From: a virus
Strand: one strand, 5' to 3'
Virus record (IMG/VR): IMGVR_UViG_3300017971_000203
DNA length: 64,000 bases
Under the pieces are notes generated by a model that was not told the origin of the DNA, did not search any database, and saw only the letters and a list, made by a program, of their open reading frames with translations. Positions 9,042 through 17,407 of this stretch are shown here, one piece after another (positions within the stretch are counted from its first letter, which is position 1; every line of letters starts with the position of its first letter). Made by a program: the position numbers and the translations under genes.

Positions 9042-10558
9042 TCGCAAGCTCCTGTGCCGTTGCATTCGTCACAGTCTACGAAGACCCGCTCTTCATAGAC
9101 GCCTGTGCCGAAACAGTCATCGCAAGGCATTTCTCCTGTGCCCTCGCATTCGTAGCACTCTTCGACCCCAGGCTCTATGAAGGCGGTACCCAAACAAGTG
9201 TCGCATGCTGTGGCGCCTGTGCTGTCGCAGGCCGTGCAGGGGGACTCGATGATCTCGTCGCTGTGCACCCTCTTGTGTCCGTCGCATTCGTGGCAGCGGC
9301 GGTCGTCGTTGCAAACGAAGCACCAGGGCAGGTTCGGCATCGGGGGATGCTTTCCGATGGACACGATCCCGGCCTCTTCGTCCAGCTTGAAGATGCCCGC
9401 CACGATGTCGCGATCATCCACGTCGGCCGTTTCCCTCTCGGTGACGAAGTCGGAGAGAGGCAGCGAGCCGCCTGCACGGTGGAGGCGTATGAGAGCTCGG
9501 CCGATGTTCCAGCGCAGATCGTTGGACACGTACCGGGGGGCGAGCCTCGTGCGCGGGGCCAGGTCGTCCGGATCCACAAAGGTCGGAGTGGTCTGTACAG
9601 ACACGTAGGGAACCCAGACGAAGCCCGCCTCGAGAAAGCTCCGTCCACGTCGGGGCTCGTGCCCCTGGTTGCGCAGGTAGGTGTCCTGGTTCTGCAGGAG
9701 CAGCGCAGTGATACGTCGAGAGCGCTCGTCTGTGACGCCTTCCAGGAGTGGCGCGAAGCGCTCCATGGCCGCGCGTACACGTACCTCTTGCTCGGCGGCT
9801 ATGTGTAAATCCGCGAGGATGTCGGCGTCGATCTCTTCGGCCATCCGTGCCGACATGGCTTCGACAAGATCACGTTCGCCTTCGAAGAGTTCCTCGTCGG
9901 TGGCGGGATCCAGTCCGACATTTTGGAGGTCTGCTTCGTTCCTGATGAGCTGCGTCTGCGCCTCCGGTCCCCGCTCTGTGGGACCGACCACCGTGAAGTC
10001 CGGTCGCAGTCGAAGGGTTCCTGTGACGCCTCCGTCGCCATCGTCCAGAAGTTCTGTGAGGGAGGCGCGACTACTCACACCGTAGCGCGCCTGAAGGAGT
10101 TCTCGGACGTTTTCTTCGACTTGCTCGCGGTCCATCCCCTGGAGAGCTCGGAATTCCTCCGGCATCTCGATGTGCCACACAGCTACGAGACGTCGTTCCC
10201 GGTGAGATCGGACTTCGCTCCCGAGGAGGTGTCCGGCAGTCAGATCGCTGGTGAGCTTCAGCAAGACGTCCATCACGAGGCCGAACCAGCCGAAGTACTT
10301 CGCGGCTCCGTAGGTCCATCGGAGGACTTTCTCGTCTGGGACCTGGGACATGAGCTTCGCCAGAGACCGGCCTCTTTCGGCGTTGTCGGTCTGGACGCAG
10401 CGCTGCAGGTCCGCCAGGAAGTGCACCCAAATCTTGGGGCCGCCACCGAAGGGCACGAGCTGCTGACGGAGGCTCGCGTGGACCAGGGCCTCCCCGGCTC
10501 GAGAATCTCCCGCCTGGGCGATCCGGGTCAGCCGTTCGAAGTTCGCATCGAGACTCAC
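8954..10558 (-). CDS. mosaic protein: N-terminal helical tag, T4 gp23-like major-capsid fragments, C-terminal DnaJ-like CxxCxGxG Zn finger
   Basis: AEEIDADILADL, FAPLLEGV...TALLLQNQ and SFLEAGFVWVPYVSVQTTPTFVDPDDLAPR..RY resemble gp23 segments; repeated CxxCxGTG. Confidence 0.6.
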   Translation of the reverse strand: MSLDANFERLTRIAQAGDSRAGEALVHASLRQQLVPFGGGPKIWVHFLADLQRCVQTDNAERGRSLAKLMSQVPDEKVLRWTYGAAKYFGWFGLVMDVLLKLTSDLTAGHLLGSEVRSHRERRLVAVWHIEMPEEFRALQGMDREQVEENVRELLQARYGVSSRASLTELLDDGDGGVTGTLRLRPDFTVVGPTERGPEAQTQLIRNEADLQNVGLDPATDEELFEGERDLVEAMSARMAEEIDADILADLHIAAEQEVRVRAAMERFAPLLEGVTDERSRRITALLLQNQDTYLRNQGHEPRRGRSFLEAGFVWVPYVSVQTTPTFVDPDDLAPRTRLAPRYVSNDLRWNIGRALIRLHRAGGSLPLSDFVTERETADVDDRDIVAGIFKLDEEAGIVSIGKHPPMPNLPWCFVCNDDRRCHECDGHKRVHSDEIIESPCTACDSTGATACDTCLGTAFIEPGVEECYECEGTGEMPCDDCFGTGVYEERVFVDCDECNGTGACECTIPKTSTTPATTANSTTATTAPSTSNP

Positions 10559-10923
10559 GTGTCTTCTCCGTAGATCGGGAGGACCATCTGACTGTGCATC
10601 CAGGTCTGGAAGGCTTCCATGGCGAAGTTGGCGTCGTGAGGAAACATGAACTCCAGGGTCACTGTGGTGTTCTGGGGCATCATCCGCGCGTAGGGGTCCA
10701 GGTCGTATCTCGGGTAGTCCACCCTGGTGTTGGTGATCCTGGCACCGTCCAGGGGGTGCGGCTGGAACTTGGTTTCTGTGCGCACTTCGGTCTGGACGAA
10801 GCCGCCGCGCTTGAGGGCGTGCTCGAGCTCCTCGGCGAGCGCCTTGTCGAGGGCGCCGAGGCGGCCGATGAAGTCTCTGAACTCAGGCTTCGCGGTGTTT
10901 CCCGTCAGACCTTTGTCGCGCAT
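10555..10923 (-). CDS. hypothetical protein
   Basis: MRDKGL... in operon. Confidence 0.6.
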   Translation of the reverse strand: MRDKGLTGNTAKPEFRDFIGRLGALDKALAEELEHALKRGGFVQTEVRTETKFQPHPLDGARITNTRVDYPRYDLDPYARMMPQNTTVTLEFMFPHDANFAMEAFQTWMHSQMVLPIYGEDT

Positions 10924-11187
10924 TGCCACGCCATTGCTCCGGGAGGGTGTAGACAGAGCGGCAGTCGTTGTGCGGCACCGTGTAGGTTTTCCCCACGTCA
11001 AAGGGGCACTGGCGTTTGCTCTTCTTCCCCCTCTTGGGCGGAGCCCCGTGCTCTGCAGTGTTTGTGCAGAGCACGGTGAAGGACCCGGTCCCGACACAGA
11101 GGACGTGACCGAGCCCGGTTTTCTTCCACTGCTCCCAGGGAGCCCCCGGGAGACGGAAGCTGACGAGGTCGCCCTTGATGAGGTCTG

Positions 11188-12687
11188 TCATACCTTGTCC
11201 GTCTTGATGGCTTCCGCCATCGTACCCCAGCCCCTGGAAGCCATGGACACGAAGTTCAGGACCTGGAGACTCCACCCGTAGATGAAGTAAGCCGGATCGT
11301 TGGGCTCGAGGAGCCCCGTGCGATACGGGGAGACGTCCACGATGAAGACGTTGATCTTCTTGTTGACCATCCGACGATACCGGTTCAGCACGTCGATGAA
11401 AGGCGAACCCTGGTTCTGCTGCTCGTCCGTGATGAGGATCAGGTTGTCCGCCTCGAACTTCTCCTGGAGCATCCACTGGGCGATGAGGTCCGTGCGCGTA
11501 GACCCGCTCGAGCGAATGGTCCGGGCCTGGGACAGGACACTGTCCCGCATCGAGACCTTCGCTTCGTGAAGGCAGTGGTTGAAAAGGAAGAAGCGCCCGT
11601 TGTAGTTGGTCTTCTTCATCAGAGAGATGGCGAAGATCCCGCCGATGAGAAGGAACCGGCCCTGCATGGATCCGGAGATGTCCAGGCAGACCACGGTACG
11701 CCCCGGGATCTCCGGGAGGTTCCCGAAAGAGAGCTCCAGCGCGTCCCGCAGAGAGTCCTGGGCCCACGGCGAAGACACGTGGTCGATGGCATCCAGAAAG
11801 CGGAACGGGAGGATCTTCGACTTCCCGATCACCTCGGGGTCGTTGAACTTCCGCTGCACCATTTCCCGGTGGTTATCCAGCACACCGTGGCGCTCCAGGG
11901 TCGCGAGGTTCCTCAGCAGCGCGAAGATCGGCATCTGCGGAGCGATGGCGTCCCAGACCTCTGTGTCCTTGCCGGCGAAGGTGCTGGCCACTTCGTGAGG
12001 CAACCGACCCTCGGTGATGAGCCGGACCTTCTCCTTGGCATCCGTGGCCTTCTTCAGCGCTTCGAAGGCGGCGATCTGGGGGAGCTCTTCCAGGTTGGTC
12101 TCACGGCCCATCATGTAGTCGGCCAGGTCGCTCCGCATCCTCTTCGGGTGCAGGATGATCATCAGGTCCCGGATGGACCACTCCCCGACCTTGCTGGCGC
12201 CGTACTTGATCGCCCAGTACTCACCCAGCTTCTGGGCCAGCCACCTACCGGCGGTGCGCTTGACGCACTTGCCGCTCTTGTTCCAGCCCAGAGAGCACAG
12301 AATAGTGATGAAGTCCCGGAGGTCGTTCGGGGTGCGGACCACCTGACCGAAGGCACGCTTGAAGCGGTCCTTGTCGGTCATAAACAACTTCGCCAGCCCG
12401 AACACAGGCTGCGTGCGCATGAAGCCCTTGTTGCGTCCGTACCCGAGAGCCTTGGTGGCGAACTCGGGGTCCTCGGCCATCATTCGGTCGTGGATCGTGT
12501 GGCTCTCTTTCAGGAGGTCCTTGGACGACACGTAGAACGTGTTTCCAAGGGTGTTGGTCAAGAGAGTCTGCAGGTACTGCTCTTCGAGCGGGCGTTCCCA
12601 CGCCGGGTACCGGGCCGGGTCGCGGGTTGTGATCGGTGCCAGTCGACTACGCTGCCTCGGATTGAACAGGGCGTTCACGCGGCTCAT
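11188..12687 (-). CDS. Ro60/Rsr TROVE-domain RNA-binding protein with C-terminal vWA domain
   Basis: LTNTLGNTFY, QMPIFALLRNLATL, SKILPFRF, MIDAS motif VCLDISGSM, LILITDEQ; own promoter at 12781-12809. Confidence 0.93.
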   Translation of the reverse strand: MSRVNALFNPRQRSRLAPITTRDPARYPAWERPLEEQYLQTLLTNTLGNTFYVSSKDLLKESHTIHDRMMAEDPEFATKALGYGRNKGFMRTQPVFGLAKLFMTDKDRFKRAFGQVVRTPNDLRDFITILCSLGWNKSGKCVKRTAGRWLAQKLGEYWAIKYGASKVGEWSIRDLMIILHPKRMRSDLADYMMGRETNLEELPQIAAFEALKKATDAKEKVRLITEGRLPHEVASTFAGKDTEVWDAIAPQMPIFALLRNLATLERHGVLDNHREMVQRKFNDPEVIGKSKILPFRFLDAIDHVSSPWAQDSLRDALELSFGNLPEIPGRTVVCLDISGSMQGRFLLIGGIFAISLMKKTNYNGRFFLFNHCLHEAKVSMRDSVLSQARTIRSSGSTRTDLIAQWMLQEKFEADNLILITDEQQNQGSPFIDVLNRYRRMVNKKINVFIVDVSPYRTGLLEPNDPAYFIYGWSLQVLNFVSMASRGWGTMAEAIKTDKV

Positions 12688-12780
12688 ATGTGCCTCCTTC
12701 GAGGGTAAGCCCCGAACTCGGGTTATCAGGATCCCGTCCGTCTCAGACGCCCACAGCGTCCACGGGATAATTGCTGTGAC

Positions 12781-12809
12781 ACGCTATCGTGTCACTATCG
12801 GATTGTCAA
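12781..12809 (-). promoter_or_regulatory. class B promoter TTGACAATC-N14-TANNNT
   Basis: Same architecture at 17235-17263, 24904-24932, 26423-26451, 28306-28334, 37673-37701 and 51045-51073. Confidence 0.75.
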
Positions 12810-13091
12810 GGACGCTGGGCTTCCACCAGCTCCGCCGTGTTTACGACTTGGTGGGACGCCGAAATAGTTGGAAGAACGCCCCGAGTCGCGATGCACGGTG
12901 CCTCGTTCTGCCTCATCGACCGGCCACCTCCGATTCAGGCTCTTCCTCGTGGACTCCTGCAAACGTCCGAACCATTTGCAGGGCCACGGAAGGCCGAAGG
13001 GTAAACTGCTGTCCACACGGGCACGTGTACGTGTTGTGTGTCAGCAGGTAGTCCAGGGTGTTGGGGAGCTTTCTACCACAGAAGCACTTAG

Positions 13092-13568
13092 TCATCCCAA
13101 CCTCGTCACGGGTTCTTCTTCCGTCTCTTCGTCGTACTCCGGGGGAGCTTCGTCGCCGTGGTAGCCGGTCAGCTGGCACGCCAGAACACGCCCCTCTTCG
13201 AGGAGCTTCTTTGCAGTCTCCAGGCGGAAGGTGCGTAGAGCGAAAGCGATGTCCATGTTGCGCCTGGCGGCTTCTTTCACGAGAGCTCCGCTCCGGGAGA
13301 GAGCGATGTGGAAGGGTTCCCCCAGGAACTTGTGCATGTCTATGTCGTGCTTCTTTCCGAACTCGAACTCGTCGCCGCCAGAGCCGAAGCACGGGTCTGT
13401 GGAGCCGTAGTCGCAGATGATACGAGGGGGATAGGGGAGGATGTCAGGGTCCGTCCACTCGAAGAACTGGATCCCGGTTAAGTCGCAGCGTTTGTACTCC
13501 GCTGCCCGTATTGTGTGTGGTTCTCCGGTCTCGGGATTGAAGCGCTTTTTCGTGAACCAGACCCTCAT
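13092..13568 (-). CDS. hypothetical protein
   Basis: MRVWFTKK... overlapping upstream stop. Confidence 0.6.
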   Translation of the reverse strand: MRVWFTKKRFNPETGEPHTIRAAEYKRCDLTGIQFFEWTDPDILPYPPRIICDYGSTDPCFGSGGDEFEFGKKHDIDMHKFLGEPFHIALSRSGALVKEAARRNMDIAFALRTFRLETAKKLLEEGRVLACQLTGYHGDEAPPEYDEETEEEPVTRLG

Positions 13569-13804
13569 GCGGACTTCTCCAGTTTTCGCACTTGCAGACC
13601 GACGTTGTCTCCCGGGATGGGAGGGTCGATGAGCTTCAGGAAGCGCTCGACTCCACGGACCTCGTAGAGCTCTCCGCGGAACTCGAAGCGGGTCCCGACC
13701 TCGGTGAAGCGGTGCTTCGGATCGAAGACCTGGAAGACGAGTCCACGGCCAGGGATGACCATGATCTCCTTCACGTCTGTTTCGTTGAGAAGAATCACAT
13801 CCAT
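13565..13804 (-). CDS. stand-alone EF-Tu domain II-like beta-barrel protein
   Basis: IMVIPGRGLV and GVERFLKLIDPPIPGDNVGLQVR align by eye with EF-Tu VFSISGRGTV and [29 protein letters not shown] RBS. Confidence 0.7.
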   Translation of the reverse strand: MDVILLNETDVKEIMVIPGRGLVFQVFDPKHRFTEVGTRFEFRGELYEVRGVERFLKLIDPPIPGDNVGLQVRKLEKSA

Positions 13805-13954
13805 AGCCGTCTCCTTGTGATGCGAAAGGTGGCGGCACTTGCCTTTGCAGCCCTAAATTCCGGCGCCTGCGCCCCTCATTCCCCGGGCCGGCCCTCTACT
13901 CAGTGTCTGCAAATCACTCCCACGGCGTAACGCCGCAGATCACGCTGCCGCCAG

Positions 13955-14028
13955 AAGGGCCGGAGGGACTTGAACCCCCACCCCCGAGGGTAGAAACCTC
14001 GTGCTCTGTCCTATTGAGCTACGACCCC
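13955..14028 (-). tRNA. tRNA-Arg(TCT)
   Basis: Cloverleaf GGGGTCG/CGGCCCT, D-arm GCTC..GAGC, anticodon arm CGAGG-TTTCTAC-CCTCG, T-loop TTCAAGT. Confidence 0.88.
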
Positions 14029-14462
14029 TGGATGCGGGGCTTCCACCCGCTACGTCGTGTCCTGACGACTTGGAATGCTCGAGCTGCAGCCGTGCCTCGG
14101 AATGAGGCGGGGAGCCAAACAGTCTCGAAATCGACCGCTCCCTCGGCATATCATGCGGGGGCCTATCTGTAGAACCCTCCCCCTTTCAACTTGGCTCTCC
14201 TTCCCAGGCTGGCCGGACAGGCGCGCTTTCACCACTCTGGCTACTTTGCGCCAACGAGCTCTGACAGCTCGTCTCCGGGTATGGGCAACTTTCCCCGGTG
14301 TCCAGCGCGAACACAGGTCGGATCCACACCCGCCACGCCTTACTGTGGTTCTTTCCATCTGCGTGACCGTCCCCGTCCAATCGCTGCCCGGGGGCTGGTT
14401 GCCCGGTCCAGAGTCCCCGGGAAGAGGTGTGCTTTTTTCATGCGGGCCGACCTCGAAAAAGA

Positions 14463-14534
14463 TGGACTGGCGTGGAATCGAACCACGGCTCCCTGGGCTT
14501 CAACCAAGCGCTCTACCGACTGAGCTACCAGTCC
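14463..14534 (-). tRNA. tRNA-Phe(GAA)
   Basis: GGACTGG/CCAGTCC acceptor, CTTGG-TTGAAGC-CCAGG anticodon arm, T-loop TTCGATT. Confidence 0.88.
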
Positions 14535-14864
14535 GCTCCCTGCTGCCTTCCAGCACGCCCTACTTCCGCAGCCAACGGATTCGGGAACGCCCCAGAAGAA
14601 CAGCCCCCAGCTTGATGCCTCCGGGGCTTGAGGCGGGGAATGGATCCCGATGGAGGGGGTTTCCCGGCCCCCTCCGTGCCCAACCCGATACATCAACCTT
14701 CCAGGCTCAGTGCACATCCCCTGGTAGGCGCTGGGCTTCCCTGTATCTTCCACGGCTCCCGAGCTGCCTGTGGTTTCAGCACAGGCCCGAGACTTCAGAC
14801 GTCGAGTGCTGTCGACTCCTGGACCCCGTCAGGGATCAGCACGTCCCTGGGGAGTACCGTGAAA

Positions 14865-14934
14865 TTGCGGAGGCGGGAGTTGAACCCACAAGATCCAGGT
14901 TATGAGCCTGGGCGCCGACCGTCGACTCTCCGCA
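14865..14934 (-). tRNA. tRNA-Met/Ile(CAT), shortened D-arm
   Basis: TGCGGAG/CTCCGCA, CCAGG-CTCATAA-CCTGG, T-loop TTCAACT; D-arm atypical. Confidence 0.75.
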
Positions 14935-15064
14935 GAACGGGAGGACCATTCCTCCCGTGTGTTTTTGCTCCAAACGTCACCCCGCGAAGCAGTGCGGGAC
15001 TGGAAAATTCCAGACTCCGACTCTACGATCAGGGATCCCCTCCAGAACTGACCGCAGGACCGAA

Positions 15065-15136
15065 CAACGGACCTGGGAGTCGAACCCAGTACCTCCGGCT
15101 GCAATCACCGGCGCGCAACCCTTACACCTGTCCGCT
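15065..15136 (-). tRNA. atypical tRNA (loop GATTGCA; nominal TTG/Gln)
   Basis: AGCGGAC/GTCCGTT acceptor, CCGGT/GCCGG anticodon stem, CTGGG-TTCGACT-CCCAG; lacks U33 and purine 37. Confidence 0.6.
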
Positions 15137-15307
15137 ATACGGGGGAATGACGGTCCCCCATGAACCGCTCCGCGAGAGTGCGCAGGAGTACACATGGCAT
15201 ACCCTTTTCGAACGGAGGTGAACCACCGAAGAGGTGAAACGCCTCCCTGCAGTCTGCCACCACAGGGAGGTCGTTTCAAGAGCGGCACCCTACCTCACGC
15301 TCTCCCA

Positions 15308-15674
15308 TGGAGATGGCGGGAGTTGAACCCGCGTCCGCAATGCTTCGGAATCGTGCTTCTACGTGCGTATCCTGTGTACGCTACCCCTCGAGACGCCCAC
15401 AGGCAGGCTCCTCTTCGGGAGGTCCAGCTCTGATTGTCGGAGACCAGCTCGCCCTGAACCAAGGCTCTCTGGCGTCGTATCCTGCTGATTGACGTCAGCA
15501 GCTCGAGCCGCAGGAGCTCTCGAGGCCGACGCGCTCACGCAGCTTGTGCGTAGGCGAATTGCTCAACATCGTCGTTGGCAGTTGTCGTTGTCTTCGCAGT
15601 TTGTCGAGGTCACGAAGACCACCCCCGGCACGCAACACGTCCCTCCATCACCACGTCGAAACCGTGTCATCCCC
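15308..15674 (-). ncRNA. ssrA: tmRNA, tag (A)ANDDVEQFAYAQAA*
   Basis: 5' GGGGATGACACGGTTTCGAC, 3' GACGCGGGTTCAACTCCCGCCATCTCCA, G3:U70; tag ORF 15579..15535. Confidence 0.95.
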
Positions 15675-15820
15675 AAAGCCCCGTGCGGGGATTGCACCCG
15701 CGCTTTGTCCGTTGGGACACGCAGACGGGGTAGGCTGCGCCAACTGCAGGTCCGAAGACCTTCGACCGGGACAAATGCCTGAAAACCCGGTCCCGCGGGC
15801 CAGCACCGCGGTTGTATGAT

Positions 15821-15977
15821 TTTGCTCGAAGATGATTGCCGGAAGGTGTGCAAAGCACATTCTATGTCTGATGCTCTGACCAACTGAGCTACCACTCCAT
15901 CTGTGGAGTGGGCAGGATTCGAACCCGCGACCGCCAGATTAACCGAAGTAACCCTCACGAGCTGCGCTCCGAGCAAA
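15821..15977 (-). ncRNA. YrlA-type Y RNA (Y7) with permuted tRNA-like domain
   Basis: Terminal stem TTTGCTCG/CGAGCAAA; T-arm GGTTCGAATCC precedes D-arm TAGCTCAGTTGGTCAGAGC; shared CGGAGCG..AGGGTTACTTCG..ACCTT..TCATCTTCG scaffold. Confidence 0.85.
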
Positions 15978-15983
15978 GAGGTT

Positions 15984-16058
15984 CCTCCCGAAGATGAGAA
16001 GCGGCAAGGTACGTTTCGTGTGCATCGTCGAAGTAACCCTGCCAGGCGCTCCGGGAAG
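15984..16058 (-). ncRNA. minimal Y-RNA-like RNA (Y6)
   Basis: Same scaffold with a short apical loop. Confidence 0.7.
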
Positions 16059-16062
16059 AGAG

Positions 16063-16145
16063 GGGACGCCCAGGGTGCGAGCCTGGTCTGTAGGGCGGAT
16101 CCGAAGACATATGCCCTGCCGTCCTACTACGGGCGGCCACGTCCC
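16063..16145 (-). ncRNA. degenerate tRNA-like cloverleaf
   Basis: GGGACGT/GCGTCCC closing stem with three internal hairpins including CCAGG-CTCGCAC-CCTGG. Confidence 0.45.
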
Positions 16146-16152
16146 AAGAGCA

Positions 16153-16226
16153 TCTCACGAGGATGAAGGCTGCCAAGGGCTGGGTTCGTTGAAAGCGAAG
16201 TACCCCTGGCAAAACGCCCCGTGAGA
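16153..16226 (-). ncRNA. minimal Y-RNA-like RNA (Y5)
   Basis: TCTCACGGGGCG..AGGGGTACTTCG..CCCTT..TCATCCTCGTGAGA. Confidence 0.7.
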
Positions 16227-16233
16227 AAAGGTA

Positions 16234-16350
16234 TCACTCGAAGATAATAGCGGAAAGGCTTTGCCCCTCCATCCGGGGCTGGCCGGCATAAGGGCGCCGG
16301 CCTTTGGGGTCGAACCAAACGAAGTAGCCCTGTCCTGTCGCTCCGAGTGA
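16234..16350 (-). ncRNA. Y-RNA-like RNA (Y4) with T-arm
   Basis: TCACTCGGAGCG..AGGGCTACTTCG..GGTTCGACCCC..TATCTTCGAGTGA. Confidence 0.72.
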
Positions 16351-16358
16351 AAAAGGGT

Positions 16359-16474
16359 CCCCGTGAAGATGATGGTAGGGAAAGTCAACGACTGCCTCCG
16401 AGGCTGCGCTGGAGTCGAACCAGCTTGGTCGTGGTTGTAAACCACGAAGTAACTCTCTCTGGCGCTCCACGAGG
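16359..16474 (-). ncRNA. Y-RNA-like RNA (Y3) with T-arm
   Basis: CCTCGTGGAGCG..AGAGTTACTTCG..GGTTCGACTCC..TCATCTTCACGGGG. Confidence 0.72.
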
Positions 16475-16482
16475 AGAAGAAC

Positions 16483-16611
16483 CGGTCGAAGATGAAAGTT
16501 GCCAAGGTGTCTGTACAAGGCGTTCCTCCGGTCGTTGCCGATCCGGTAATCCCATTGGGAGCCCCCCGAAGGGGTGGTGGAACGAAGAACCCCTGACGGC
16601 CGCTCCGACCG
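16483..16611 (-). ncRNA. Y-RNA-like RNA (Y2)
   Basis: CGGTCGGAGCG..AGGGGTTCTTCG..ACACCTT..TCATCTTCGACCG. Confidence 0.7.
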
Positions 16612-16613
16612 AA

Positions 16614-16758
16614 TAGACCCGTTGGGATTCGAACCCAACTCCCTTCCACGATGCTCCTACCCGGCACTTCCGTCCGGCCTCAGAGCACACTCACTGTTGC
16701 CCCTGTGAGCTGCTTCAGGGTTCCGGCCTGGGGAGGGGCACCCCATTCCGCAGGTCTA
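16614..16758 (-). ncRNA. tRNA-like RNA with enlarged body
   Basis: Closing stem TAGACCT/GGGTCTA and T-arm GTTGGG-TTCGAAT-CCCAAC; about 100 nt non-tRNA interior. Confidence 0.5.
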
Positions 16759-17054
16759 TGGAAGACATCGGAGTCGAACCGATCACCTCCCCTAAAGGAT
16801 CCAAGAACCGGGACGGCATCGAAGCCGACAACGCAATGCGTTCCACCTGGCGCGGTTCTGTTCAGGGCAGAAATTCAAGAGCCTCCTTGTACGTCGAAGC
16901 CATAGTGACTCCGGCTTTCTGATTGTTTTTTGGCGCAGTCCTTCGCATTGTGAAGACCGCCTTGCAGTGCGCTAGGTCTTCTGGTATCAGACAATCCACT
17001 TCGAAGGAAGGAAAACCAGCTCAGCAGGCGCTCTCCCAGCTGAGCTAGTCCCCC
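16759..17054 (-). ncRNA. tRNA-Ala-like shell with about 225-nt insertion at the anticodon
   Basis: 5' GGGGGACTAGCTCAGCTGGGAGAGCGCCTGCT, 3' GGAGGTGATCGGTTCGACTCCGATGTCTTCCA; G3:U70. Confidence 0.7.
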
Positions 17055-17059
17055 AAGGT

Positions 17060-17198
17060 TGTCCGAGGATAAAAATTGGGAAGGTACTATACGGCGCTCT
17101 TCCCCTGAGCTATCCCCTTCACAACGGAAGGGGAGCAGGATTCGAACCTGCGACCTCCGGCTCCGAAGGCGAAGTAACCCTCTCCGCCGCCCCGGACA
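17060..17198 (-). ncRNA. YrlA-type Y RNA (Y1) with permuted tRNA-like domain
   Basis: TGTCCGGGG/CCTCGGACA terminal stem; T-arm GCAGGTTCGAATCCTGC, then hairpin, then D-arm TAGCTCAGGGGAAGAGC. Confidence 0.85.
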
Positions 17199-17234
17199 TG
17201 ACATCAGCGCCGAAGCACCAACATCGTGACACCG

Positions 17235-17263
17235 AAGCTAACAGGGTCGGTTTGGATTGTCAA
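17235..17263 (-). promoter_or_regulatory. class B promoter driving the ncRNA island
   Basis: TTGACA-atccaaaccgaccctgt-TAGCTT about 35 nt upstream of Y1. Confidence 0.75.
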
Positions 17264-17407
17264 GGGGCTTTCTGAAAAAAGTGCACTGGATCGAGAAAGG
17301 GGCCCCGGGCAGCATTGGTGGGACCCCTTCCTCTTCACTCCGAGGAGACGGCTTACGGAGTGAGTTCTTCTAGGTGTACCGTTGGGGCGCTGTTCCCGTC
17401 AAGAACA

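Noticed and set aside
13955-14028. Amber suppressor tRNA (CTA) or stop-codon recoding
   Set aside because: The centred anticodon in loop TTTCTAC is TCT (Arg), and recognisable genes are not interrupted by in-frame stops
15821-17198. Ordinary tRNA genes at 15860-15935 and 17090-17160
   Set aside because: The T-arm precedes the D-arm and there is no anticodon arm, which fits YrlA-like Y RNAs
13830-17230. Protein-coding ORFs listed across the ncRNA island
   Set aside because: No RBS or codon bias, and they overlap structured RNAs
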